From the NCBI GenBank assembly GCA_965113315.1, contig OZ220368.1: DNA of 64,000 nt, one strand, 5' to 3'. The first letter of the stretch is position 1, and every line of letters starts with the position of its first letter. The notes under the pieces are model-generated. The model did no database searches, was not told where the DNA came from, and saw only the letters and a list, made by a program, of their open reading frames with translations. Shown in pieces: positions 11,960 to 24,197 of this stretch. The stretch comes from Podarcis vaucheri. Its lineage: Eukaryota. A program made the position numbers and the translations under genes.

Positions 11960-12350
11960 TCCCTGTAGCAATTGAGTGCCCACCAACAGGTGTACTCTAT
12001 GGTGCAGTTCCAGATAAGGAAATACAACACCAATACCCCCGCTTCATCTGTTGGTAACTGCATTATTTGGAGGGATAGCTGAGGGGAGGAAGCCATTGAG
12101 AACCTTACAAAATATTGATTCATTTAGAATATTGTTATGTGAAAAGTACTGAGAAATTCCTCTCAAGACATACATAAAATGGGGGAGCACTTTCATTCTG
12201 AGCACTTTCAATCTTGCCCACTTAAGTGATCCATTACACATACTGATTATTGTGGGATTATTCCCATATACTGCAGTAACTCTGGATACTGGGTGGGAGT
12301 ACCATAACTTCCCCTGATGGGAGTATATTTAGCTTGATTTGTTTCTGATT
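11960..12350 (-). mobile_element. Possible ancient L1-clade ORF2 fragment
   Basis: Minus-strand peptide SLKWARLKVLRMKVLPHFMYVLR resembles the post-RT L1 segment (GRI..KM.VLP.F.Y). Heavily decayed; boundaries approximate. Confidence 0.4.
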
Positions 12351-13839
12351 ACCTGCACTAGTGCTGTGCGCTCAGAGTGAAGTTGATATAAGCACATATT
12401 TGTGGGGCATGAGCAAAACTCCAGTTGAACTGAACTTCTGATAACATCTTTGAACTTGCTTCAATTTGCTGACTTGCTTTTTAGTGACATCAGCCTCCCC
12501 TGGTTTGGTAATCCAAGGAGTACTTTACCCTCCCATCTTTCTCGTGAAATCCCACACATTTGTCCTCACTTTATATATATATATATAAAAGCCTTAGCTC
12601 ATGGAGCCTTTGCTCTAGCCATGACCCCAGTGAATAAAGTGAAGGCAATCTTAGAAGAAAGGATGGGATAGGATAGTGCTTTATTATTTAGTGTTGTGAG
12701 GTTCATTTATTGCTGCTGTCAGAGCAGAACTGCAGACCGGTGGCAAGTGAATTTATCACAGAAATGGTATTCAGGGGTGGTAGCTGCTAAATACTTCAGA
12801 TCAAGTAGAACATCTGTGTTGAATTCAGAAAATGTATTCCTAACACTTTTAGGTCACTGCATCCAAAATGGTGGTAGTGAGCTTGAAATCTGGCATGTTC
12901 ATTAGACTTTCTTGTGGTTCACACCATTTATTGTTCATTACATTAATGTATGCCCCACTCTTCCTCTCATCAATAGTTTTTTTAGACAGGCTGTCATTGT
13001 GCACTGAGTAAATAGAGGAGAAAGGCTTGAAATGGATTCAGCTAACCAGCAGTGGATCTTCTCATTCTGACCTGATCTCTCCAGGATGGGCTATTCTCTT
13101 ACCATTTTGCTATCTCGTTTGGAATTGCTATCTGATTGAAGAACAGTCATTTATAGATAAGACTAGTGGTAGATAGAAGAGTTTCAGTTTCATGGCTGGA
13201 TAGTGGATTTTCACCACCCCCAAGCAATTTTCTACTTGCCAAAAATAATTAGCATGTTAGTACTCTGCTCCTGTACTAAGCCAGTCATTAAAGCAACAGA
13301 AGAAGGATGTATGTACAGCTTTTCTGGAAGCATTGGTGGCTTGCCCTGCATAAAGAATCCAGAGAACCATAGTATACTTCATGACTAAAAACAAGCATTT
13401 TGAAAATAGGCCCCAAGACTGGGTCCATTATTTTCTCTACACATTTCAATTTATTTACTTACTTATTTATCTGTGTTCCTTTCAGGTGTATGCAAAATAT
13501 GAAAATGAAAGGAAATTGTTCAGACCTGGGGAGTAATAAGCTTATTCTAATTATTCTCCCTGCATCTGGGCAGAACAAAATCTAGCATCCACTGAGCCCC
13601 ACTGGGACCAATTTGCAGGTGAGGTAAAATGCCTCCTCTCACAGCTGCTTGCCTTACCTGAGCAGACATAAAGTGGGAATTAGCAAAAAATGGAGAACAT
13701 CTAAACTCCTGAGAAATAAGAAGTAGACATATGGAATATGGAAACTAAACTTGGTTATCAAGAGCTCAGAGTTACTTATTTTGTCACCAAATCTCATCTT
13801 CCTCAGTTTAATTCTACCAGATAGGCAGTCTGGTATCCT

Positions 13840-14585
13840 GTTGTTGTTGTTTAGTCGTTTAGTCGTGTCCGACTCTTCGTGACCCCATGGACCAGAGCAC
13901 GCCAGGCACTCCTGTCTTCCACTGCCTCCCGCAGTTTGGTCAGACTCATATTTGTAGCTTCGAGAACACTGTCTAACCATCTCATCCTCTGCCATCCCCT
14001 TCTCCTTGTGCCCTCCATCTTTCCCAACATCAGGGTCTTTTCCAGGGAGTCTTCTCTTCTCATGAGGTGGCCAAAGTATTGGAGCCTCAGCTTCACGATC
14101 CGTCCTTCCATTGAGCACTCAGGGCTGATTTCCTTAAGAATGGATACGTTTTATCTTCTTGCAGTCCATGGGACTCTCAAGAGTCTCCTCCAGCACCATA
14201 ATTCAAAAGCATCAATTCTTTGGCGATCAGCCTTCTTTATGGTCCAGCTCTCACTTCCATACATCACTACTGGGAAAACCATGGCTTTTACTTTGTTGGC
14301 AAGGTGATGTCTCTGCTTTTTAAGGTGTTGTCTAGGTTTGCCATCGCCTTTCTCCCAAGGAGCAGGTGTCTTTTAATTTCGTGACTGCTGTCACCATCTG
14401 CAGTGATCATGGAGCCCAAGAAAGTAAAATCTCTCACTGCCTCCATTTCTTCCCCTTCTATTTGCCAGGAGGTGATGGGCCCAGTGGCCATGATCTTTGT
14501 TTTTTTGATGTTGAGCTTCAGACCATATTTTGTGCTCTCCTCCTTCACCCTCATTAAAAGGTTCTTTAATTACTCCTCACTTTCT
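13840..14585 (-). mobile_element. BovB (RTE) LINE, 5'-truncated
   Basis: RT C-terminal peptides (GLKLNIKKTKIMA..FTFLGS; LQYFGHLMRREDSLEKTLMLGK); (CAA)n tail; 12-bp TSD GTCTGGTATCCT (13828-13839 / 14586-14597); small deletion/frameshift near 14290. Confidence 0.95.
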
Positions 14586-15215
14586 GTCTGGTATCCTAGT
14601 ATATTCTAATGTCAAACTCAGTGTAGACTCTTATGTAGCCAGAACAGCACCATCCACACACAGGAGGGAAGTATCAGCAGGCTCAGAGAAAACACAAGGT
14701 TTTCAGAGATATTTTTCTTAAATGAGTAAATCCCCCTGTAAGAAGGGGGGACAGCTCAGGGGCCACAGAAGGATAATTTCCTAAGATTTTTAATAAATGG
14801 AAAACTGGAGAGGGGCTGACTAGAATCCAGACAGATGCACTCCACACTGCAGTTTTGTTGCAGATCCCAACTGTAGATAAACATTATCATATGTCTAGTA
14901 TGGCAAATAATTTATAATAGTTATCCCATATATCTTCACAGCGGTTCTTTGAAGTAGGTCATGGTTAACTTAGCTTTACAGATGGGTAGAAATGTAGTGT
15001 TGGAGGATACCTAATGTGCATAGTTGATAGGAAAACCTTGTCTGTCCATGCACATTGGACAACCTGCAGCTAATAAATGGCCAACTCTGTTCAATAGGGT
15101 TGCCTGACCTCAATCTGCAGAATACAATAAAATTGCATCTTAGGCACATTTACTTTGTGCAATTTCAGCTATATGCAGTTGAAGGCAGGCTGGTTGAAAT
15201 TGCACAAGTTAAATT

Positions 15216-15607
15216 CAAGCAAGCTAGAGACCTTTAAAGCTCTCTTTGCACCAGGTCCACTTAAGGTTACTTGGTGGATAAAGAGTTTTTAAACTCTCTG
15301 CCTTGCTTGGGTGGCAAGGCCTTTTCAGTGTTCCTGCTTTGGGGTGTGCTTACAAGAGCTCATAGGAATTCAGATGGGCCTGTGAGATCTTGCATGAGTA
15401 TCCTAGAGCCATCTGAGTTCACGTGCGAACTCACACAAGCATTGCACAGCTGGCCTTTCCTCACAAGCAAGGCAGAGAGCTCAAAAGCTCTTTATGCGCC
15501 AGGTAACCCAAGTGGAACCTGTGTATAACGAGCTCTTAAGCTCTCTGACTTGCTTGGGGGGCAAGGCCTGCTCAGTACACCAGCTCTAGGATGCTTGTAT
15601 GAGCTCA
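15216..15607. repeat. Array of a ~100-bp unit in alternating orientation (long imperfect palindrome)
   Basis: 15252-15377 is the inverted complement of 15409-15521; 15530-15607 is a direct repeat of 15283-15362; 15216-15255 is a direct repeat of ~15464-15503. Confidence 0.8.
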
Positions 15608-17728
15608 GAACAAGCTAATGGACAGGCTTGCTCTTAAGATTCTATAAATATTAAAGATACAGTAACAGACATCATCACTGGGTGTGTGTGCAAGGGGAGC
15701 TGTGGAATAGGAGAGAGGAGGATGCGGTGTGAGGTGGTCTGTGCGCAAGGGAGAGTTTGAAAAGGACAAAGGAATAGTTAGGTGAAATGGGTGATTAATT
15801 AAACAGAATACACAAACACACATACGTGTAGTTATTGAAAACAGTAGATGGCAAGCATAATCTTAGGGCACATTTTCTGCTTTCAGTCTGACAGGAGAGA
15901 ATGTCTCTTCTAAAATGATGTCATACATCTAAAAAAGTAGGTGGGTTTGCTTCAGAACTATTGTTTTTACTCATATACAAATATAATAGATGAGCTGACA
16001 AAACACATGATTAATTATTTAACTGAGTGAGCTGTACCAATAAACTCACAATTTTCAGATGCTTGCTCTCTTAACAAAATCATCCAAGCTGCAGTCTTCT
16101 GCACATCTACCAAGGAATCAGCTCTATTGAATAAACATATGATTGCACTGTCAGTTATTAGGTTTTGCTTTTGGAACTAATAGTACATCTATGTGTAAAT
16201 GTAACAGTAGAACAGCTAAACAGAAAGGCACCACATCCAATTTTCCATACCAGGAGGTGGCTTTTCAGTGAGGTGGTTTGGAATGCAAAGTGCCACTTTG
16301 CATATACAAATCATGCTCACTATTAGCTAATCTCTCAGTGCATGAGCTAAACTGGAAGAGAGAACTGATAATGCTTAGCTAGGAGTTTGAACCTGCTCAC
16401 ACTTCCACTTGCTGGCTTTGCTGCTGCTGCTACTGCAGCTGCAAACTAGGGGTTTTTTTAAGGCTGCTAATAGGTTTTTCAAAGGCTGCATTTACCTGTT
16501 TTAATTGTTTCACTTTAATCACATTACATATTAATATTGTATTCTTCATTCTGTAAGCTGTACAGAGAATGTATGTTGATGGGTGGTCATAAAAATAAGG
16601 TTGCTAAATAGAAAGAAACCTATTGAATATTGGGTGGTGACTTTTGATAACACGAGCAATAGCTAAAGCACTGTCTTCTAGAATCCTGCTGAGACTAAGG
16701 CAGCTGCTTTTCCACCTGCAATAACATTGCTTCTTGTTTCACTGCAGCCCCAGCAGGTGTATCCAATTGGTATAAATTAGCTAAGGCACAACAGTAGACC
16801 TTTGCTTGATACAGCAGGAGTTCTGAAGCTGAGGTTTGCAAGGTAAGTGCTGCTTTTTCCTTGTTCTGCTCCCTGTGGCTTTTGAATTTAGTCACCTATA
16901 GGAAACCATCTGAAGCAATGCATACCATGTGGGTTCTCATAATAGTCAGTAGTGAGCAGGCTGCAGAGAGGGATGAGCTAGGGCATACAGCTCAAGTCAT
17001 GCAAGACTCTTTGTATTTCATGGGCAAATATCATGGGTCAGGCTGTGCAGTCTTAATAGTCTACTTGACTGCAACATATCGACACCTGAAGGACAATTGA
17101 CAATGGTCCCCCACCCTGGTCCTGGGTTAGAGAAAGCATAAAAAAACCCTCATACTTAATGAGATGGAGAGTGGGCGGATGCAGACTCTCAGCTTCTGAA
17201 TTGCCACACAATTATTACTATAACAGATGTACAGCACAAGAGGCATGCTTTTTAAATGCTATACTGAACATTTAAGTTGCACAGAGGGAAGGAAAAAGGT
17301 CAGAGGTTAGTGATGGCAGTGGAGGAGGAGATAGCATGAGGCTGTACTGATCATAATTTAAGAGACTGGTGTTGAAGAGGGAGAAGGAATTGTACTATTG
17401 TCACCTGTGATTTATTGAGCCAGGTTTCTGAAATGATAAGTGTGAATGGGGGCTTTATTCCAATACAAACAGCAGATCAAGACCATGATCTGGATTGGAA
17501 CCATACTGGCAGGCGGCCTGTTAGTTATTCTTTAAAAATATAAACACATCTGCTAATATTGTAAATGGTACTGCATTTGGTCTGGCCCTTAAGATGATTT
17601 TGGATGGATATTAGATAGTCCTAGTTTAATAGCTCTATGAATAGTTAGGACAACAAAATGTTAATCCATGTTTGGAAGCGTGCCAGCTCTTTGTATAAGT
17701 TGCTGGAAGCATACAGCAGGTTAAATCT

Positions 17729-17843
17729 TTGTGCTTTGCTTGTGGGCTTTCTGGAGACTGTTGGCTGGCATCTGTTGGAAGAAACAGGGTGCTGGACTGG
17801 ATAGACTTTTGGTCTAATCTTGCAGAGATCTTAGGTTCTTATG
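17729..17843 (+). mobile_element. CR1-type LINE 3' fragment
   Basis: aacagggtgctggactggatagacttttggtctaatc...ttcttatg 3' terminus. Confidence 0.55.
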
Positions 17844-18841
17844 AAACAGTGAGCAGTGTTCCTCACTACTGTCTCTTTTCCTTCCTACTCTTTCTGCAAT
17901 GCAAACTAAGGTGACATTAATAACAGCTAAAATGCACAAAATGCAGCTCATTTTGCATTTTTTGCTGGAAATTGGATCCTGACAACCTGAGCCAGATGCT
18001 GTTTCTCTCCAGTCTTAGTGGAGCTTTGTCCCTGGCTTGAGTGGATGATGTTGCCCTAAGCAGCTATTTGCTAAGTTTTGTTGATGAGATGCCTTGACTG
18101 CACATATTATTACACAATGAGTGTACTGAGTAGGGACATTAAATTGCCTTTAATTGGAGCAGCTTGACTTCTTCTGTTCCTTTTGGTTGCTCTGGCAACT
18201 AAAGGCAATTGAGTCCATGCCTGATAGTTAATGAGGGGACACTGCTATTCTCAATTCCTGATGAATCATTATAGCACTTCCCCATGTGCCACAAACTTTG
18301 GCGTGTATCATCTAAAAGCCATTCTTGATTATGACCTACAGTATCAGAATGTTCCCACCCTTTCCTCCATATTTTCTTGGGGTTATGGATCTGAATTTCA
18401 CATAAAGGCCACCTGAGCTTTAATTTAAAACTGTCCCCTTATTCTGCAGCCTTCTCACTGATCTTCACTTGCTGGCTCTGTCAAGCCTTTTTAAATTTTG
18501 ATTTCCTCAAAATGTCCTCCAACATCACTGGTGCATAGGGTGCATAGGTAGAGGTGGGTGAATAGGCCTACAGAGGAAAGGTGGTGTGTTTTTTGCAAAC
18601 TGAAAAGCTAACACATGCAGAACTCAAATCCATCCAGCAAATCAGTTTACATGTGGGCTAAACTGAGTTTGAATGCCAGAAAAGATTATAGTGGAAGGAA
18701 ATACCTGCCTTTCTTGAGCAGGCTAAAGACTGGTTAATTACCCAAAGCCACTAGAAGATACTGCTCCTGCTGGCTGATGTCTTCATGTATTTCTGCCTTC
18801 AAGTAACATTGTTGTTTCCCCTTTACTTTTTAGTTTTAATA

Positions 18842-19120
18842 CAGGGATGGGGGACTTGTCATCCTCCAGGTGTTTTTGGACAGAGGCAGATTTAGAGGAG
18901 TGCAACTGGTTTGGCTGCATTGGGCGTCAAGCCAAGAAGGCACCTCAACACTGACAAATAACAGAAGCCGAGAGGTGGGAGGGGGCAGCAAATTTTGATG
19001 TCACAGCTTTAAAGCTCAAGGTCCTCCACTGTTCTGGACTACTGTTCCCATCATCCCTGATCTTGCTTTTTGGGCTCATGGGTGTTGGATATTTGAAGGG
19101 CTACAGGTTCCCCATGCCTG
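18842..19120. mobile_element. Palindromic hAT MITE interrupted by a second hAT-type element (18881-19031)
   Basis: Outer TIRs CAGGGATGGG / CCCATGCCTG with TSD TTTTAATA / TTTTAAAA; inner element CAGAGGCAGA...TCCTCCACTG flanked by an approximate duplication TTTTGGA / TTCTGGA. Confidence 0.7.
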
Positions 19121-20549
19121 TTTTAAAATAATATGTATAAGCTCAGGTACAGGCCTATGAATAGCCGACGGCCAAGGCAACACAGCACTGCTGGTCTAAA
19201 GACAACTCCTCCCTCTTGCATTGTTTAGAACTAGTAAGTTAAGAGACACTCCCAAAAAGGAAAGCTGAATATGTCCTTGTTCTGTGGCCACTAAGTGATC
19301 ATGAACTAAAGCCTGGTAGAGGTGTTGGCAGCAGGCTACTGAGACTTCATTTTTGTGTCTACCTGTTCAAATAGCAGTGATGGCAGGTAAAATTTTGACT
19401 TGGTAGAGCTGCAATTTCTAACCCTGCTGTTTTCATCGCAATAGGTCTTGTACAGCACTTATTTCATACCCTCCAACATGCCCCAGAGGAAAACTGGAAC
19501 ACACATATTTCAGGGCCGCGATCTTGTGAGAGCCAGGTGACTTGAGTAAAAGCACCCCACCCCCAAAATGTGTCATGTGACTCTCATGAGAGCACGGCCC
19601 CCCAAAATGGGATGTCTCACTTAAATCAGGACAGTTGTGCCATTACACATGTGCAGAATGTCACGGTCTCATAATCTCTAGCCCCATCCCCCTGTCAAGT
19701 ATTCTTTGCACATCTATGGACAAGGAAAGAGCTTTCATGTAAGAAGGCCTAAATATGATTTTCAGAAAATTGACTCCATACCTTTTATTTAGAAATTAAG
19801 CATTAATTTATTCCTTCTTCCCCACCCAGTTATATAAGAAACAATATGCACCATAAAATAGCTCTTGCTAGTTCACATTGCTTGTATCATGGCTATGGGA
19901 CTTATGCTACATTTTACTGAAAATGAAGCCGTGTGTAGGAAGGCTAGAGAATTTTGTTTTTCAAACATCAGAGCAAAAATCCAGTATTACGTATAAAGCA
20001 TGTTCATAAGTTTACTTGGTTAGAAGATTCTGATTGGTCAGTACACAAAGGCTGATTTTTCATCTGATAAAACCAGGCAAGATAATTTCCAGCTTTACTT
20101 GATAATCACTTTTGGGTAGGTTTTGCCCCTATATTGTGGCAAATTGGACACAACTTCTACCAAGTCCTTTTTTGAATCTGCATCACCATAAAAAAAAATC
20201 ACCTGCTGCCTTTTAATTCTCTTCCTCTTGTGCACTATCCATAGGCATCTCTGCAACTACCTTAGTGCTCATGTCAAAAACAATAGTAGTTGCAGGTCTT
20301 GTACTTTTACCTTCTGAAGTCAGGAACATTAGGTTTTCCCATTTCAAATTATGATCTGTATGGGCAACTGGGTGGAACAAGAGCTTGAAACTGACCTTCC
20401 ATTCCCATTCCTCCACCCCTTTTAGTTTCAGAAGAGGAAGTAGATTTACTTGCAGAACTGCCTGCCCCCTTTGCATCTAAAATATTAGCTGTAGTCTCCA
20501 ATTTGAGGCATCAGCAAAGGAAGAAAATTATAATTCTTAGATTACGGTA

Positions 20550-20735
20550 CTTGGGTGAGACCTTCCCTGAAATAGTGTGTCCAGTATAGGTCACTCTGTT
20601 TAAGAAAGACTGTTTTTAAATTGGAACAAAATTTAGACAATATGCAGCCTCAGTTCTCAACTGCATGCATTCTGTGTTACGTGAGAAGCTGGAAATGTTG
20701 GGCCTGTTTAGCTGATGAAGTAGGAGTCTGAGAAG
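20550..20735 (+). mobile_element. Decayed CR1 RT C-terminal fragment
   Basis: gagacc..tgaaatagtgtgtccagt..aagaaaga..aaattggaa..ggcctgtttagc resembles the CR1 LEYCVQFW / LGLFSL region. Confidence 0.45.
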
Positions 20736-20763
20736 CACTGATTAATAGTTAACATGAACGGTA

Positions 20764-20897
20764 CTAGGACTGAAGCCTTGTGATACTCCAACTGTTGCTG
20801 AACTTCTAGTTCCCATTAGCTCCTGCCAGCATGGCCAGTGGCCAGGGATGATGGAACTGAAGTTCAACAACGTCTTTGGGGACAAAGACCCCCCCCC
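20764..20897. mobile_element. Decayed palindromic hAT MITE
   Basis: ctccaactgttgctgaact..cccattagc..ccagcatggcc..gggatgatgg..agttcaacaacgtct, same family as 40902. Confidence 0.55.
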
Positions 20898-20899
20898 CG

Positions 20900-21350
20900 C
20901 TATATACAGCCTACCAGAGCAGTTAGCAAAAGTTTGAAATGTTGTATGTAGCAATAAAAATACAACAACACAGAAGATGACTGCAAAACAAAAGAGCACT
21001 TAAGCCAGATAAACCCATATCCTGTCAAATCCAGACAGATTTTTTTTAAAAAAGCCTTTACCTGGCAATGAAAAGATAACAGAGATAGCAGCGGGAGGCA
21101 GATTCCAAAAGCAAGATGCTGCAAAACAAAACAAAAATCATATCCCTGATCACCTTATAATCGTGCAAAAAAAGCACATCATGACGATCTTAGGGTGAGC
21201 AGCTTGTTTGGCAGCAGGTAGTCCTTGAGATACCTAGGCCCTGTAAGCCATTTAGGCATTTGGAAGTTAAAAAGCAGCACCAGAAATTGGCTCCAGAAAC
21301 AGACCTGGGAGCTAAGACCGGAGAGCTATGATGTGGCTAACTGTGGTTAT
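20900..21350 (-). mobile_element. Decayed L2-like LINE 3' fragment
   Basis: Plus-strand aaagcctttacctggc..gggaggcagattcca..gtccttgagatacc..aagccatttagg..cagcacc pattern resembles the reverse complement of L2 3' ORF/UTR. Confidence 0.45.
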
Positions 21351-21962
21351 TCAGGAAACTATAGTCTGAAGATTCTTAAACACACACCATTAGACTTATT
21401 TCAGGGCTGAAAACAGGTAGTGAGGATTCCAGATTGAAGGTGGTTGACCTTAATGTGGGGGGTCAACAGTAGAAAATGAAAATCTGCTCTCTTTCTACAG
21501 GAACTTTGCCTGTAAATATACATAACAAGAAAATTTCCAACATGCTAGAAATTTTTTTTGTACTTGCAAAAGTTGTAGGAAAGCTAAATTGGTTCAAAAC
21601 AGTGCTTATATAGGAAAATGTATCCCCTTTATTGGGAGCATCAGTCAAGCTATGCGTGGCTTGGCTCATTTTCTTGAGATTTGCATGGCTTTACTAGAAA
21701 CTTCCCAAACTGTGCAAAGCACGTTGTTGCCCCCCCCCTTGTGCTGTTTCCAGATCTTTTAAGTGGGTTTATGCATGTATGTAGGATCCTGACTAAGGGG
21801 AGGTGATGATCATCTTAAGCTGCCTTTACTTAGTAATTCAACTAAGTTTCACTTGGAGAAGACACATGAAAATTTATGAACATGACTTAAGTTAGGTCCA
21901 TTAATTTCAGTAGGTCTACTCTGAGTAAAACTTCATTGAACACCACCAATGGCATTTAAACA

Positions 21963-22187
21963 CAGTGGTACCTCAGATTAAGTACTTAATTCGTTCTGGA
22001 GGTCTGTTCTTGACCTGAAGCTGTTCTTAACCTGAAGCACCACTAAAGGGGCCTCCTGCTGTCGCTGCACGGTTTCTGTTCTCATCCTGAAGCAAAGTTC
22101 TTAACCCGAGGTACTATTTCTGAGTTAGTGGAGTCTGTAACCTGAAACATCTGTAACCTGAAGCGTTGTTAACCTGAGGTACCACTG
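21963..22187. mobile_element. Tc1/mariner (Tigger-like) MITE
   Basis: TIRs CAGTGGTACCTC / GAGGTACCACTG; flanked by CA / TA (decayed TA TSD). Confidence 0.85.
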
Positions 22188-23536
22188 TACATGCCTATAA
22201 AGTAGCTTTCCAGATCTTTGGCAGTGGAATCTGGAGGGAAAGGGAGTGTTAAGTTTGTTTCTCAGGCACCTGTATTACCCCATGAATAATTTTGCACTTA
22301 GCATGGTGGATAGTTTCCAAAAAATTTTTTTTAAGTAAGGTTTGTTTCCTTTCTTTCAACGTGGATGCTATTCTCTTTCTCTCGGATAGCAAGAGGCAGG
22401 CAGTGTATTAGTGTTGTGGGAGGGAAGGCAGAAGAGACCTCCCCTATCCAAACCCTTTTGTTCCCTGAAAACTTTTGCACAGGTTCTGTAGCTGCAGTTT
22501 TGTGTGTAGCTGCCTTACAACAAAGGAAAAACAACTTGCTGTGTGGAGCGGCAGTAACTTTTCCTACTGCCCCACACTTTCTGAGAATACCTCCTGTTTG
22601 CAGAAATGTAGTATGTGCATAGGGTTGTATGCATGTCTAGGATATTAGGATAAAGTTTAGCATGTAAACATGGGGCCAAAATGCAGATTTTTCAAGCTGT
22701 TAAGTGATGTTTTGGACAGTAAATCCCTATTTTCTTTTTTAAATAAAGGGTTTGTAAATTTAGCTTGGGGGAAAAAAGATGGTGGTGCAGCAGTAGCAGC
22801 AGCAGGGAGGTAAGAGTGAGGTTCACTTGGGTGATGACTATGTGGGTGGGCAGGCGGCGCAGTCCTGCTTGGCTTTGGTGGAGGGATGCACTGGCAGTGT
22901 TGGTGGCTTGCTGGCCCCGGGTGCCAATAACTCATGCTACTGGTGGTATGATGTGGGATGTAATCCACTGGGAGCAGTCAAGTACAACATTACCTGTTTT
23001 GCTAGAGTGGTCATGCAGGGGATGTTGATCCAGCCAGTCAAACTTCCTGTTCCCTCTTGGCCTGGAGCATCCTTCTTTGCATGTGACTAGTAGGTGGGCG
23101 TGACCTTTCCAGACCTGGTAAAAGGCCAAGTCACACAGCCACCTCCCCACTCTTCGATCTTCTTTTTCATCCTGCAAACTTCCTGATTCACCTGGACTGT
23201 ACTGCTAGCTGACTGCCAGCCAGCAGTCTCCCCAGGTTATCTCCCATATGGGGTAAACCTGTTTGTACATATAAGCCTAAAGCCTGCCTTCAGAGATCAC
23301 ACTGTCCTCTGCCTGATCGTGAGTAAAACTACTTTTTGTTACTTATGAATAAGACTATGGTGCCTTTATTCTTTTAGGAGGGATCAAAGAGGCCTTACCA
23401 GGGCAAGCCAGATTGAATTGTTTATTGTCTTAAGAGGCTCACACAAGTCTGCAACCAGTTTTTTGCTGCATAAAGGGGGAATGTACTCTACTAAGTGAAG
23501 AAGCTTGGTAGCGCAAGTTAGGAAGGAATCAATATA

Positions 23537-23762
23537 CAGTGGTACCTCAAGTTAAGTACTTAATTTGTTCCGGAGGCCCGTTCTTAACCTGAAACTGTAC
23601 TTAACCTGAGGTACCACTTTAGCTAATGGGGCCTCCTGCTGCCGCCGCACCGCCGGAACACGATTTCTGTCCTCATCCTGAAGCAAAGTTCTTAACCTGA
23701 GGTACTATTTCTGGGTTAGCGGAGTCTGTAACCTGAAGCGTCTGTAACCCAAGGTACCACTG
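23537..23762. mobile_element. Tc1/mariner (Tigger-like) MITE
   Basis: TIRs CAGTGGTACCT / AGGTACCACTG, TA TSD on both sides; same family as 21963. Confidence 0.88.
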
Positions 23763-24099
23763 TATCCTCTCCTGCCACCCTCAACATTCCCATATATGAC
23801 ACATGTAGTGTATTACAAACAGAAGCACTTCCATACTATCATGTAAGTGCTACTGTTTCAGCAGCCAAATTGTCCATGTGGAAATGATTCATGGCACACC
23901 CTTCTTCTACTGAAAGGCGAACTGTTCCAGCCGCTCCTCCTTTTTCTTGTCTGTGTGAGCAGCCAAGCAAGAGCATTTCGCTTTCACAGAATTTTGTTTG
24001 AGTTCTGCTTTCCACCACATGGACAGGTAGGATTCACTCCCACAGAGTTGTGGTCTTTTGGAGCTCCTGCCAGGATAACTACAGGTTTCTCTACTAACT

Positions 24100-24197
24100 G
24101 GCAAATAAAACAAGACAGCAAAACGAACATGTAGGAAACCCGATTATTCAAATTTATTAACATCAAGAATTATGCAATGATGCTGTAGATTTTTATT
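24100..24197 (-). terminator. PTPRF polyadenylation signals
   Basis: Minus-strand AATAAA at 24153-24158 and 24192-24197 (a third at 24357-24362); GU-rich tract atgttcgttttgctgtcttgttttattt at ~24103-24130. Confidence 0.75.

Noticed and set aside
23008-23801. Possible solo LTR (tggtcatg...tatgaca, TATA-like ggtaaaagg, agtaaa) interrupted by a MITE
   Set aside because: No matching TSD and no second copy in the window, so it cannot be supported.
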